A stretch of DNA of 63,419 nucleotides from assembly GCA_963979435.1 (NCBI GenBank), contig CAXBVE010000001.1, positions 1 to 63,419 on the forward strand, read 5' to 3'. Within the stretch, counting starts at the first letter, position 1. Every line of letters begins with the position of its first letter. Positions 9,264 to 18,968 of the stretch are shown here, one piece after another. This DNA is from an uncultured Candidatus Actinomarinales bacterium (GTDB lineage Bacteria; Actinomycetota; Acidimicrobiia; Actinomarinales; Actinomarinaceae). The notes beneath the pieces were generated by a model. The model ran no database searches. It was given only the letters and a program-made list of their open reading frames with translations, and was not told where the DNA came from. A program made the position numbers and the translations under genes.

Positions 9264-10380
9264 TTTGTTGGAAAATTTTCATATATTGGTTTGCCTGTAC
9301 TAAAAAACTATATTCTTTACTAATGAACACTTTTGCTGCATCAGCTCTTTTAGTTGCTTCATCTTTATTATCAATAATATAGGTGATATTCTCAGCAATA
9401 ATTTTCTTATCTGGTGGTATAGGGATAATAAATCCACGCTCACCGTCATTCAACAAGTCTTTACAGCCACCAACTTCGGTACTTAATATAGGAATCTCAT
9501 AATTAATTGCTTCCAGTACCGAATGGGGTAGACCTTCATAATCAGATGCTTGTATGAAGATATCTGCAGTAAGTAGAAACTGAGAGATTTTATTATTATC
9601 AATTTTACCTAAAAGTTGAACTCGATTTTGTAAATTCAATTCATGTATTACCCCTTCTAATTTATTGAACTCACCACCTTCACCAATTATGCTAAGTTTT
9701 ACGTTCTTATTATCTAGTAATTCCATTGCTTCTATAACTATATTTATATTTTTCTGAATCACTAATCTTGAAATAATCAATAAGTTGATATCAGCTTTAT
9801 GTACATTTGTTCTTTTAATATCTGTAATATCAACTCCGTTATTTATTTTTAAAATTTCATTGTTAAACCCTAATTCAGATACAAAATTTTTTAAATGATC
9901 AGACGGAGTAATTACTACTTCAGCAGAATTGACACTCCAGTTTCTCAGTAATTTTTGAACTTCAATTAGAAAAGAGTGTTTGTTGTTCTGAAACTCATCA
10001 AAAGACTCACTCGTTTTTTTTTGGTTGTAAGCTCTTTCCCAGACAGGATCGCCTACGATCTTTCTGATTAGTTTTTTCTTGAGCATGAGTGCTGCTATGG
10101 CTGACTCAACTCCGAGCCCATTAACAAAAATCAGATCACTATTTCTTCCATTTTTGACGATTTGGTAAATTGTTTTTAACCAGCGAATAGGCAGATTGTT
10201 TGATCTTCTAATTCTTATTACATCTAAATTATCTTCAATATGATTATTACCCACTTCAGATAAACAAATAATTTTTACATTGTGACCATTCTCTACCAAG
10301 AAATTAGAAATTTTAGGAACAAAACTTGCCGGTCCGCCAATATCTGGAGGAAATATTCCTACAGTTATTAAAATGTTCAT
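9253..10380 (-). CDS. GT4 family glycosyltransferase
   Basis: N-terminal FPPDIGGPA and C-terminal ASDYEGLPHSVLEAINYEIPILSTEVGG. Confidence 0.8.
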   Translation of the reverse strand: MNILITVGIFPPDIGGPASFVPKISNFLVENGHNVKIICLSEVGNNHIEDNLDVIRIRRSNNLPIRWLKTIYQIVKNGRNSDLIFVNGLGVESAIAALMLKKKLIRKIVGDPVWERAYNQKKTSESFDEFQNNKHSFLIEVQKLLRNWSVNSAEVVITPSDHLKNFVSELGFNNEILKINNGVDITDIKRTNVHKADINLLIISRLVIQKNINIVIEAMELLDNKNVKLSIIGEGGEFNKLEGVIHELNLQNRVQLLGKIDNNKISQFLLTADIFIQASDYEGLPHSVLEAINYEIPILSTEVGGCKDLLNDGERGFIIPIPPDKKIIAENITYIIDNKDEATKRADAAKVFISKEYSFLVQANQYMKIFQQNEK

Positions 10381-10398
10381 AGTTTAAATTCTATTAAG

Positions 10399-11361
10399 TT
10401 ATTTTTTTTTGTGTGCAACTATCTCTTTAATCATAGAATTAATATCTTTAGTCGGAGTCATACCAGTAAAATTAACTATTTTATCTATGTTTGGAGTTCT
10501 TCTAGTTGGATCTTCAAATTTATTCCCGAATACTTCTTCATGTTGAATGTAATTTATTTGTGATTCTGAATCACATGTCTTAATTACAAGTTCAGCTAAA
10601 TCTTTAATTGTTATTTCTTGTGTCTGGCCAATATTAAATACTTCACCATAAGCCTTCATTTCAGCGAGTTTAATGAAATAACTAGTCACATCATCTACCC
10701 ATGTAAAAGATCGAGATTGGCTTCCATCACCATGGATGATAATATCATTATTATTGAGGGCAGCATCAATAAACTTAGGAACTACCATTCCATATTCTGA
10801 TAGTTGATTCGGCCCAATAATGTTAAAGAGTCTTACGATTATCGGATTAAGCTTTCCTTCTTCGTATTCAGATAGTGCTAAAAATTCATCAATCATTTTT
10901 GATGCAGCATATGACCATCGTAATTTTGTTGTTGGGCCAATTAAACTCCTTGATTCTTCTGTCCACTCTTTATCTTCGGAGACACCATAAACTTCAGATG
11001 TTGAAGTAACTAATACTGGAATATTATTTTTCTTACAAGCTTCAAACACTTCGTGAGTCGCCAAGATATTTGTGAGTAATGACTTACTTAAATTTTCCAT
11101 AATATACTGAACTCCAACGCCAGCCGCTAAATGATAGCAAAAATCATATCCCTCAAAGGTCTCATCTAAGTTTTGAACATCTTCAACTTTCTTATTAATA
11201 AATTTAACTTTGTTACTATCGTTAAATTTTGAAAGATTAGCACTTTTACCTGTCGATAGGTCATCTATAACTAGTATTTCCTCAACTTCAGTCTTGATTA
11301 ACTTTTCTATTAAGTGGGAACCAATAAAGCCAGCCCCACCAGTAATTATTATTTTTTTCAT
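10399..11361 (-). CDS. Extended SDR, ArnA-decarboxylase / UDP-apiose-xylose-synthase-like (UDP-GlcA-utilising clade suspected)
   Basis: TGGAGFIGSHL, STSEVYG, LRWSYAASKMIDE (resembles RWIYSVSK of ArnA and RWSYACAK of UAXS), RLFNIIGP, GDGSQSRSF. Substrate assignment is inference. Confidence 0.6.
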   Translation of the reverse strand: MKKIIITGGAGFIGSHLIEKLIKTEVEEILVIDDLSTGKSANLSKFNDSNKVKFINKKVEDVQNLDETFEGYDFCYHLAAGVGVQYIMENLSKSLLTNILATHEVFEACKKNNIPVLVTSTSEVYGVSEDKEWTEESRSLIGPTTKLRWSYAASKMIDEFLALSEYEEGKLNPIIVRLFNIIGPNQLSEYGMVVPKFIDAALNNNDIIIHGDGSQSRSFTWVDDVTSYFIKLAEMKAYGEVFNIGQTQEITIKDLAELVIKTCDSESQINYIQHEEVFGNKFEDPTRRTPNIDKIVNFTGMTPTKDINSMIKEIVAHKKK

Positions 11362-11362
11362 A

Positions 11363-12361
11363 TTATTTGTTTATGTAATTTAATGATTTTAGCAACTCTA
11401 TATTTTCAAGGTACCATTCTACGGTTTTTTGTACACCCTGGTCTATTAAGGTTGTCGGTTCCCAGTCGAGTGTTTGTTTAATATGGCTTAAATCTGGCTT
11501 CACTACATCTGGGTCTTTTATAGCTCTTTCTTTATTAACGACAATAGACTTTGTATCAGTATTTTCTTCTATTATTTCAATAACACGATTTAGAGAAACA
11601 GTATTGTTTGAACCTATGTTAAAGGTGTCAGAAGAATTATGGTTCATCACTTTAACTAAAGCTGAAATTACATCATCCACATAAGTAAATGATCTCCTCT
11701 GTTCTCCATTTCCAAAAACTTGTACTTCCTCTCTATTAATTATCCAGTGAATAAATCGTAAAATAGACATATCTGGTCTTCCATACGGGCCGTAGACTGT
11801 AAAAAATCTTGGTATTAAAACTTTTGTATCTGATTCATCAAGTATTGTTTTAGCCAAAATTTCTCCTGAAAGTTTTGTACTGGCATAAACGGAGGGGGGT
11901 TGGATTCTCTCATCTTTGTTTTCTTGCATTAAATTTTCTCCGCTATCACCATAAATTGAGGATGTGGAAGCAAGTATTAATGATGACACTCCTGTTACTT
12001 TGCAAAAATTAGCAACATTTGTAGTTGCAACTGTATTGTCAAGTACATAGCCGTAAGGCTCTAAAAAGCTCTGCCTTACACCTGCGCGAGCCGCCATATG
12101 ATAAAAAGTTTGTGCTTGAGTGTTTAATGTTTGAAGTTGTGAAATAGAATTTGGATCTGATAAATTTAATTCATGAAATTCATAATTCTTATTATTACTA
12201 AGTTGACTTAATCGTAAATTTTTTAATCTTACATCGTAAGCGTCATTAAGGGAATCAACACCTATTACTTCAAATCCCATATTTATAAGTTTTTTTGCAA
12301 GATGAAAGCCTATAAATCCTGCACTACCCGAAATGATTACTTTGTTATTCACAACAATCAT
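11363..12361 (-). CDS. UDP-glucuronate 4-epimerase (UDP-GalA forming, Cap1J/GAE-like)
   Basis: GSAGFIGFHL, VDSLNDAYDV.LK..R, YASTK, and the hallmark RFFTVYGPYGRPDM. Confidence 0.8.
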   Translation of the reverse strand: MIVVNNKVIISGSAGFIGFHLAKKLINMGFEVIGVDSLNDAYDVRLKNLRLSQLSNNKNYEFHELNLSDPNSISQLQTLNTQAQTFYHMAARAGVRQSFLEPYGYVLDNTVATTNVANFCKVTGVSSLILASTSSIYGDSGENLMQENKDERIQPPSVYASTKLSGEILAKTILDESDTKVLIPRFFTVYGPYGRPDMSILRFIHWIINREEVQVFGNGEQRRSFTYVDDVISALVKVMNHNSSDTFNIGSNNTVSLNRVIEIIEENTDTKSIVVNKERAIKDPDVVKPDLSHIKQTLDWEPTTLIDQGVQKTVEWYLENIELLKSLNYINK

Positions 12362-12437
12362 GCTACCAAAAATATATTTAATTCTTTAAAAAGATTTAAA
12401 TAGTATTTATTTAATTTTAAAAAGTAGAATTTTATTA

Positions 12438-13640
12438 GTGCAATTATTACTTAAAAACATTAAAAGTCTTTCACCATTAAATATTCTATTTTTTATACCA
12501 TTAATACCACACTTTAACATTATCGAAGACGTTCTCCATACTGATGACATACCTGTATTGCTATTTCTTATCTTGTTTTTAACCAGAATTATGTCTTTAT
12601 TTGATAACTTCAAACCAATTAAAGGGTACCTGCTTATTGATTTTTTTATTTTGTACCTGTTAATTCAGAATATTTATCTTGGAAATAGTTTTCTTAATAC
12701 CGAAATACTAAGGTTTACATTTTATGCAATTATTTTCTTTTTTATCCTAGGAAATAAAATGGAAAGTTTCTATGAATATTTACCTGTATATCTTTTTATC
12801 TTCTGTAGTAGTTTTTCAATTATTGCATATTTCTTTTCCATTAATTTAGGGACAGATCTTTACAACAATTGGAATATAGGCCTAAATCTTAGTGATATTG
12901 ACTACATCAAAGGCAGGGTTAACGGTTTCCAAGCAGGAGGTCCCAATAGTTATGCTGATCTAATTGCTGTAACTGGAATCTATACAATTTTTAAATTAGA
13001 AGATAATTATTTTCCATACATTTCAAGTCTTGCAATTTTGGGATGTTTCTTTACATACTCAAGATTTTCACTAATTGTATTAATTATTTTTATTATTCTC
13101 AGAGCTTTAAGCACCCAAAATAAAATGTTAAGTTTAGGCATTATTTTTGCCTCCATCTTAGTTTGTGCCAATTTTGGATTAATTGAGAGATTTAGCAATG
13201 ATGATAATTCAGGTATCCAGGATAGAGTTGATATGAGTGTAGGAGCTGTGGAGTATTTACTTAATGATACACTTCTTAATAATCTCATTGGTAGGGGCCA
13301 CGATAGTTTTATTGTCAGTGGAGATGAAATAATCAACAGTAATAAGTTCGATCAAAATACAGTATCTTATGGTCCGCATAATTCTTTTTTATTCATTATT
13401 TTAAATTATGGAGTCTTTGGATTGATTTTGTATTTATTGATATTTAAAAATATAATTACTTACACACTTAGATTAAAAACTTTATTTAACCTATCACCAC
13501 ATTTTTATGTAGTAGCTGCTTTTTTTGTTTTAAGTTTTTCTAGTGATCTATTACAGAATCACAGTATTTCTTGGTATTTATACTTATCAAGCTTTCTTTT
13601 AATGAGAGAAATCAAAAATAAAGATTCTTTCGATGTTTAA
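12438..13640 (+). CDS. Wzy/O-antigen-ligase-like membrane protein (paralogue 2)
   Basis: Polytopic. FTYSRFSLIVL, GRGHDSF, GPHNSFLFIILNYGVFGL. GTG start. Confidence 0.7.
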   Translation: MQLLLKNIKSLSPLNILFFIPLIPHFNIIEDVLHTDDIPVLLFLILFLTRIMSLFDNFKPIKGYLLIDFFILYLLIQNIYLGNSFLNTEILRFTFYAIIFFFILGNKMESFYEYLPVYLFIFCSSFSIIAYFFSINLGTDLYNNWNIGLNLSDIDYIKGRVNGFQAGGPNSYADLIAVTGIYTIFKLEDNYFPYISSLAILGCFFTYSRFSLIVLIIFIILRALSTQNKMLSLGIIFASILVCANFGLIERFSNDDNSGIQDRVDMSVGAVEYLLNDTLLNNLIGRGHDSFIVSGDEIINSNKFDQNTVSYGPHNSFLFIILNYGVFGLILYLLIFKNIITYTLRLKTLFNLSPHFYVVAAFFVLSFSSDLLQNHSISWYLYLSSFLLMREIKNKDSFDV

Positions 13641-13682
13641 ATACACCTTTATTAGCGAATTGAAACATATACTATTGAATAG

Positions 13683-14615
13683 ATGAAAATATTAGTAGTT
13701 GGTGGCGCAGGTTATGTTGGCGGAGGTATCGTTGACAAATTAGTTCCTAACCATGAGGTAACAGTCTATGACTCACTTGTATATGAGACTTCTTATAGGA
13801 AAGACGTTGATTTTATTTATGGAGATATAAGAGATCATAAAAAACTTAATTCTATTTTAAACAATTATGACTCTGTAATTTGGCTAGCTGCCCTTGTTGG
13901 AGACGGAGCTTGTAGTATCAACCCGAGCCTCACTCAAGAAATAAACGCAGAGAGTGTAAAAAACTTGACCAAAAACTACTCAGGAAGAATCGTTTTTCTC
14001 TCAACTTGCTCTGTTTACGGAGCACAAGAAGGAGTATTATCTGAAGACTCTTCCACAAATCCACTTTCAGAATATGCCAGTTCAAAACTAATTGCAGAAA
14101 AGTATTTAGAAGATTCAAACGTTATAATTTTTCGCCTTGGAACACTATTTGGAATAAGTGATCAGTATTCAAGAATTAGACTTGATTTAGTCGTTAACAT
14201 ACTTGTAACCAAAGCACTGATGGAAAATAAGATGAGCGTTTTTGGCGGGGATCAATGGAGACCTCTTTTACACGTAAATGATGTTGCAAATGCGATTGAT
14301 GTAACTATAGAGACCAAAGTAAATGGAATATTTAACTTACACTATCAAAATTTCAAAATTATAGAAATAGCTGAGGAAATTGAAAAAAAAATAACTACAG
14401 CGGAAATTATCAAAACGCCATTGGAGTTCCAAGATGCAAGAAATTATCAAGTAACAAGTGAAAAGCTTCATAAAGAGACTGGATTCAAGGCTGAAGTAGA
14501 TCTAAAGGTAGGTATAGATGAGATTTATGAGTTGATATCTAAGAACAGAATAAAAGACATTAGTGATCCCAGATATTCAAATCAAAATTTTCTTAATTTA
14601 TATGGAGTAAAATAA
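13683..14615 (+). CDS. NAD-dependent sugar epimerase/dehydratase (extended SDR)
   Basis: VGGAGYVGG, STCSVYG, YASSKLIAE, RLGTLFG.S...R.RLDLVVN. Confidence 0.7.
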   Translation: MKILVVGGAGYVGGGIVDKLVPNHEVTVYDSLVYETSYRKDVDFIYGDIRDHKKLNSILNNYDSVIWLAALVGDGACSINPSLTQEINAESVKNLTKNYSGRIVFLSTCSVYGAQEGVLSEDSSTNPLSEYASSKLIAEKYLEDSNVIIFRLGTLFGISDQYSRIRLDLVVNILVTKALMENKMSVFGGDQWRPLLHVNDVANAIDVTIETKVNGIFNLHYQNFKIIEIAEEIEKKITTAEIIKTPLEFQDARNYQVTSEKLHKETGFKAEVDLKVGIDEIYELISKNRIKDISDPRYSNQNFLNLYGVK

Positions 14616-15061
14616 TGGAACCAATCTCATACCCTATCAATAGTTCAGTAGATGAGAGGGGACAGGTTACATTTGTAAATGACTTTGACATGACTGATGT
14701 AAAAAGGAGCTATGTAGTTACAAATACATTAGTCAAAACTGTAAGAGCCTGGCATGGACATCAAAATGAAAAAAAATGGGTAACTGTACAAAAAGGTGAA
14801 TTCTTGGTCTGTGTTGTAAAAGTAGATAGTTTTGATAATCCCGATATGAATGCAGAAGTTAAAGAGTATGTATTAAATTCTGAAAATAGTGTTTTGTTCA
14901 TCCCAGGTGGATACGCGAATGGAGCAATGAATCTTACAGATGAAAATGAAATTAGATATTTTTCTTCAGCAAGTTTAGGCGAATCTTCAAGTGATGATTT
15001 TAGAATTGATGCACAATTTTGGAACCCCTGGGAAAAACATAATCCAAACTTTTATGAGTAA
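14615..15061 (+). CDS. Small cupin-fold sugar epimerase/isomerase (RmlC / WxcM / CapF-C-terminal-like)
   Basis: 148 aa with DERG...VRAWHGHQNE.KWV.V.KGEF. Start overlaps the upstream stop (ATAATG). Confidence 0.55.
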   Translation: MEPISYPINSSVDERGQVTFVNDFDMTDVKRSYVVTNTLVKTVRAWHGHQNEKKWVTVQKGEFLVCVVKVDSFDNPDMNAEVKEYVLNSENSVLFIPGGYANGAMNLTDENEIRYFSSASLGESSSDDFRIDAQFWNPWEKHNPNFYE

Positions 15062-15962
15062 TATTTTAATTTTAGGTATAGACGGCATGCTTGGAAATAT
15101 GCTTGCGAATGTCTTTTCACAAAAATCATCTGGAAAGCTCTTTTTCACATCTCGTAGAGATGAGCCTGTTAATGAATATTTAAATGGTGAGATTATTAAC
15201 TTTGATGCTTTATCAATGGGATTTACAAACCTTGTATCCACGGTCCAACCAGATTTTGTCATAAATTGTATCGGTGCAATTAAGCCACTTATTAAAGAAA
15301 GCGATCGGAAATCTGTTATTAATGCACAAACTATTAATTCTTTTTTACCTTTAAATATTGCTAAATCTACAAATGAATTTAACTTTAAATATTTACAAAT
15401 TGGTACTGATTGTGTTTTTAACGGTGAAAAAGGTATGTATAACGAAGAATCTAATACGGATGCTATAGACGTATATGGAAAAACCAAAATTGCAGGTGAG
15501 ATTATGGTTAAAAATAAAACTGTTATTAGATCAAGTATTATTGGTCCAGAGTCCGGCACAGGTAGGTCTCTACTTAATTGGTTTTACCATGAACAGTCTG
15601 ACTCAGTAAATGGATTTAACAACCATTTATGGAATGGTGTTACAACACTAAATTTTGCAAATGTTATTAATGGAATCATAGAAAATAATTATGATGCAGG
15701 TTTAATCCAGCATTTAATACCATCAGATGTTGTTACTAAATATGAATTATTACACCTCTTCGCAAAATACTTTAAAAAGGACATAGGTATAAATAAAAGC
15801 GAGGCTGATACCGTAATAAACAGAACACTGACCACACTCAATCCTCAACAAAACGAAATATTTTGGAAATTTGGTGGGTATGGCAAAATACCCAGTGTTG
15901 AAGAAAATATTGAAGAACTTTCAAGATACAGCTTAACTCAGGAATTATTGGTTAAGCAATGA
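15054..15962 (+). CDS. RmlD-like nucleotide-sugar 4-reductase (SDR)
   Basis: MSNILILGIDGMLG glycine-rich N-terminus and YGKTKIAGE catalytic YxxxK. The in-frame ATG at 15054 is preferred. The tracked start at 14991 adds 21 aa that overlap the cupin gene. Confidence 0.65.
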   Translation: MSNILILGIDGMLGNMLANVFSQKSSGKLFFTSRRDEPVNEYLNGEIINFDALSMGFTNLVSTVQPDFVINCIGAIKPLIKESDRKSVINAQTINSFLPLNIAKSTNEFNFKYLQIGTDCVFNGEKGMYNEESNTDAIDVYGKTKIAGEIMVKNKTVIRSSIIGPESGTGRSLLNWFYHEQSDSVNGFNNHLWNGVTTLNFANVINGIIENNYDAGLIQHLIPSDVVTKYELLHLFAKYFKKDIGINKSEADTVINRTLTTLNPQQNEIFWKFGGYGKIPSVEENIEELSRYSLTQELLVKQ

Positions 15963-17116
15963 AAGATATAGCTATCATTTTAGGTATTAGGCCGGACGTT
16001 ATTCGTGCTAGTAAAATTCTCAAGCTACTGGAGAGCAGTAACAATTTAACATATGATTTTATTTGGTCTGGCCAGCACTATTCAGAAAATATGAAAGATG
16101 TATTCTTTGAACAATTAAATGTTCCAAAGCCAAACGTAGAGTTTGAAATTGAGAAAGGAAATGACGCAGCAATTGTCAGTTCAGTTATTAAGAATATATA
16201 TAATCATTTAGAAAAAAATAAATATAAAGCCGTAATCTTTCTAGGGGATACAAATACAGTTATGGGCTCAATTGCTGTTGCTCAACATAATATCCCAATT
16301 GTTCACATTGAAGGATGTATGAGGTCTTACGACTGGAGAATGCCAGAGGAAAAATATAGAACAACCATAGATCATTTATCTGACAGGATATATGCATATC
16401 TTGATGGATATAAAAATCAAGGTCTGAAAGAAGGTATATCTGAACAAATAATCAAAGTTACAGGAAATCCTATTGTTGACATTATTAATGAAAACAAAAA
16501 TTTATTTGAATCTGGAGATCAGTTTCTATCTCAAGAAATTTCAAAATTAATAGAAAAGGATGATTTCCTTCTTGCAACTGTACACCGTCGAGAGAATGTA
16601 CTTGAGGAATCGAGTTTAAAAGAAATAGTAAATCTAATAAATAAAACAGATAAAAATGTAATTTTTCCAATGGGGTACACAACTCAGAAGAAAATGAAGG
16701 AATTTAATTTGAATCTTAATTCGAATGTCTATGTCTGTGATCCAATTGGTTATCTTGAGTTTATGCATTTACTTGGTAGATCAGATTATGTATTATCTGA
16801 TTCAGGTACTGTTGTCGAAGAGGCTTGTATATTGGGAACAGCAAGTATCCAATTAAGATTTTCAACTGAAAGACCAGAGGTTTATGATGTCAAGTCTTCA
16901 GTTAAGTTTGATCCTTCTGAAAAACATACTGAATATGAATCGTTTATTTCTAGTGTTGAAAGTTTGAAAAATACAAATTGGGAACAACCATTCGGAGATG
17001 GAACAGCTTCTGATAAAATTGTACAAGATTTAGTTAATCTTTCAGACACAGATTCATTCAAAAAACATGCGCCAAGTGATTATCCATTTGATATAAGTAA
17101 TTCTCTTAAAGGATGA
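15959..17116 (+). CDS. UDP-N-acetylglucosamine 2-epimerase family (paralogue 1, Cap5G/FnlC-like)
   Basis: LGIRPDVIR, GDTNTVMGS, HIEGCMRSYDWRMPEE..R...DH.SD, HRRENV, DSGTVVEEA. Confidence 0.85.
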   Translation: MKDIAIILGIRPDVIRASKILKLLESSNNLTYDFIWSGQHYSENMKDVFFEQLNVPKPNVEFEIEKGNDAAIVSSVIKNIYNHLEKNKYKAVIFLGDTNTVMGSIAVAQHNIPIVHIEGCMRSYDWRMPEEKYRTTIDHLSDRIYAYLDGYKNQGLKEGISEQIIKVTGNPIVDIINENKNLFESGDQFLSQEISKLIEKDDFLLATVHRRENVLEESSLKEIVNLINKTDKNVIFPMGYTTQKKMKEFNLNLNSNVYVCDPIGYLEFMHLLGRSDYVLSDSGTVVEEACILGTASIQLRFSTERPEVYDVKSSVKFDPSEKHTEYESFISSVESLKNTNWEQPFGDGTASDKIVQDLVNLSDTDSFKKHAPSDYPFDISNSLKG

Positions 17117-18285
17117 AAAGGATACTATTCCACTCTCTTACAATACCTCCCGATAATGTTTCTACTGGGATGTTGGTAGCAGAGTTAGCAGCTGGATTTA
17201 ATGAAAATAACATTAAAGTAGAAATACTTGCCAGCACACCACAGTACAATTTTGAAAAGTCAAAGCCAAACAATTTATCCATCATAGATAAGCAGTACTC
17301 ACAATCTGAATACAAAGGCGTAAAAATCTATCATGTAAATTCAAAAACAAGAAGTTTTAAAGAATCTAGAAGGATATTTCAGTGGATGCGATTTCATTAT
17401 TACTCGCTACGTTTTTTATACAAGGCAAGAAAAACTTACGAACATATCTTTATTTTTAGCTATCCGCCAACAATGAATTTAGTAAGTATTTTCGTTTATA
17501 AAATATTAAAACTTAAAGTTACCTATTCAGTTTGGGAGCTTTATCCAGAGATAGCTAATAACTTAAGTCTATTTAAATCAAAGTTACTTACAAGGATATT
17601 TAAAAAGCTAGACACATATTCAATGAAGAATACTGATAATTTAGTTGTCAATTCTCCTGAGCTCCGAAATTATTTAATAACAAATAGAGATTTGTCAAAA
17701 AAAAATATTGAAGTTATTACGCACTTTTCCCCTTATCCATTAAGCGAAAATTATCCCAATCTAGATTTAAAAAAGATGTTTTATGCAGGGAATCTTGGTA
17801 AGCCACAAAATTTAGAAAAGTTCATTCAAATGTCTATTGAACATGATGTTAAGTGGGAGTTTGATATCTATGGTGCTGGGACCGAGTACGTAAATATTGA
17901 AAAGTATGTAAATGCTGAAATAAATCTTAATAAACATATTGAACGGAATGAATTAATAGAAAAAATCTCTGACATACCCGTAGCTTTAATTTCTCTTGAT
18001 GAACGTATAACTATTGAGGGATTTCCTGGTAAAACATTCGACTATTTATCAATGAATAAGGTTTTGCTATCAATTTCAAATAAGGATTCCGCTGTTGCAA
18101 AGTTTATAGAGAAATATAGCCTTGGTGTGAATATAGAGCCTGATTCTGTGAAATCATTTTTAGATGCATTTGAAAAATTATCTTCGCAACAATTTTTATC
18201 TGAAACATTGTTAAATGTAAGCAATATTAATAAGAACCAGATCAAAAAATCAGAGATAGTTAAACAGTATTTAACCTTGATTTAG
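17113..18285 (+). CDS. GT4 glycosyltransferase (WbuB-like)
   Basis: N-terminus ILFHSLTIPPDNVSTGMLVAELA...STPQYN resembles WbuB-type enzymes that follow L-hexosamine modules. 4-nt overlap with the 2-epimerase gene. Confidence 0.65.
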   Translation: MKRILFHSLTIPPDNVSTGMLVAELAAGFNENNIKVEILASTPQYNFEKSKPNNLSIIDKQYSQSEYKGVKIYHVNSKTRSFKESRRIFQWMRFHYYSLRFLYKARKTYEHIFIFSYPPTMNLVSIFVYKILKLKVTYSVWELYPEIANNLSLFKSKLLTRIFKKLDTYSMKNTDNLVVNSPELRNYLITNRDLSKKNIEVITHFSPYPLSENYPNLDLKKMFYAGNLGKPQNLEKFIQMSIEHDVKWEFDIYGAGTEYVNIEKYVNAEINLNKHIERNELIEKISDIPVALISLDERITIEGFPGKTFDYLSMNKVLLSISNKDSAVAKFIEKYSLGVNIEPDSVKSFLDAFEKLSSQQFLSETLLNVSNINKNQIKKSEIVKQYLTLI

Positions 18286-18899
18286 CTTGCACCTTTCCTG
18301 GTAACTACATAATAAAAAGTTAAAAATATTATTTTCACATCCACAAATATGGATCTAGTTTTAACATATTCTAAATCCCAATAAAGTCTTTCTTGTAAGC
18401 TTAGATCCAACCGGCCTTGTATTTGAGCTAAGCCTGTAATACCTGGTTTTACGGTATTCCTTATTTTTTGATGATCTCCATAGAGATCTGATTCATATTT
18501 TACAAGTGGCCTTGGCCCCACAATTGACATCTCTCCTCGTAAGACATTAATAAGGTTTGGTAATTCGTCTAAGGACGTTTTTCTGAGAAAATTACCAATA
18601 TTAGTAATACGATCATCATTTTCAATTCTTATAGGTTTACTCGGAGTTAATGAAGGTTCAATCGTCTCTTTTTTTGAAAGTTCCTCATAATGCTCTTGAT
18701 GGACAGTGTCACTAGATAGAGCATCCATTGTTCTAAATTTATACAAAAGAAATGATTTTCCATTTTCACCCACTCTTTGTTGTTTGTATAAACCAGGAGA
18801 ACCATCAGATATGTAGATTACTATCAAAATAAGTGGATAAATTACTAGTAGAACCGGAGAAAATAATAGGGTTATTGTAATGTCTAATAGTTTTTTCAT
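18282..18899 (-). CDS. Monotopic undecaprenyl-phosphate sugar phosphotransferase (PglC/WbaP C-terminal/TuaA type)
   Basis: Re-entrant N-terminal helix. QQRVG.NGK.F.LYKFRTM, DDRIT..G.FLRKTSLDELPNLINVLRGEMSIVGPRP. Confidence 0.9.
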   Translation of the reverse strand: MKKLLDITITLLFSPVLLVIYPLILIVIYISDGSPGLYKQQRVGENGKSFLLYKFRTMDALSSDTVHQEHYEELSKKETIEPSLTPSKPIRIENDDRITNIGNFLRKTSLDELPNLINVLRGEMSIVGPRPLVKYESDLYGDHQKIRNTVKPGITGLAQIQGRLDLSLQERLYWDLEYVKTRSIFVDVKIIFLTFYYVVTRKGAS

Positions 18900-18968
18900 A
18901 CAATATTTACTTTAAACTATTCAAATTAATGTACTTTAAATAAAAAATATAACAGTAGAGTTAAAGAA

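Noticed and set aside
10014-10022. T9 (A9 on the coding strand) homopolymer inside the GT4 gene, and similar runs in wecA near 4833-4842, considered as slipped-strand phase-variation switches
   Set aside because: The tracts encode Lys-rich linkers and are intact. In a genome this AT-rich, runs of 8-10 A/T are expected by chance, and there is no evidence of length variation from a single sequence.
12407-12613. 68-aa minus-strand ORF across the start of the second Wzy-like gene
   Set aside because: It overlaps the promoter and 5' end of a supported CDS and has no motifs. It would leave no promoter space for either divergent gene.
14987-15559. 190-aa minus-strand ORF, the longest antisense ORF in the track
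   Set aside because: It lies entirely antisense to the RmlD-like reductase and the cupin gene end, both of which carry clear SDR and cupin motifs. Its own sequence shows no recognisable family features.
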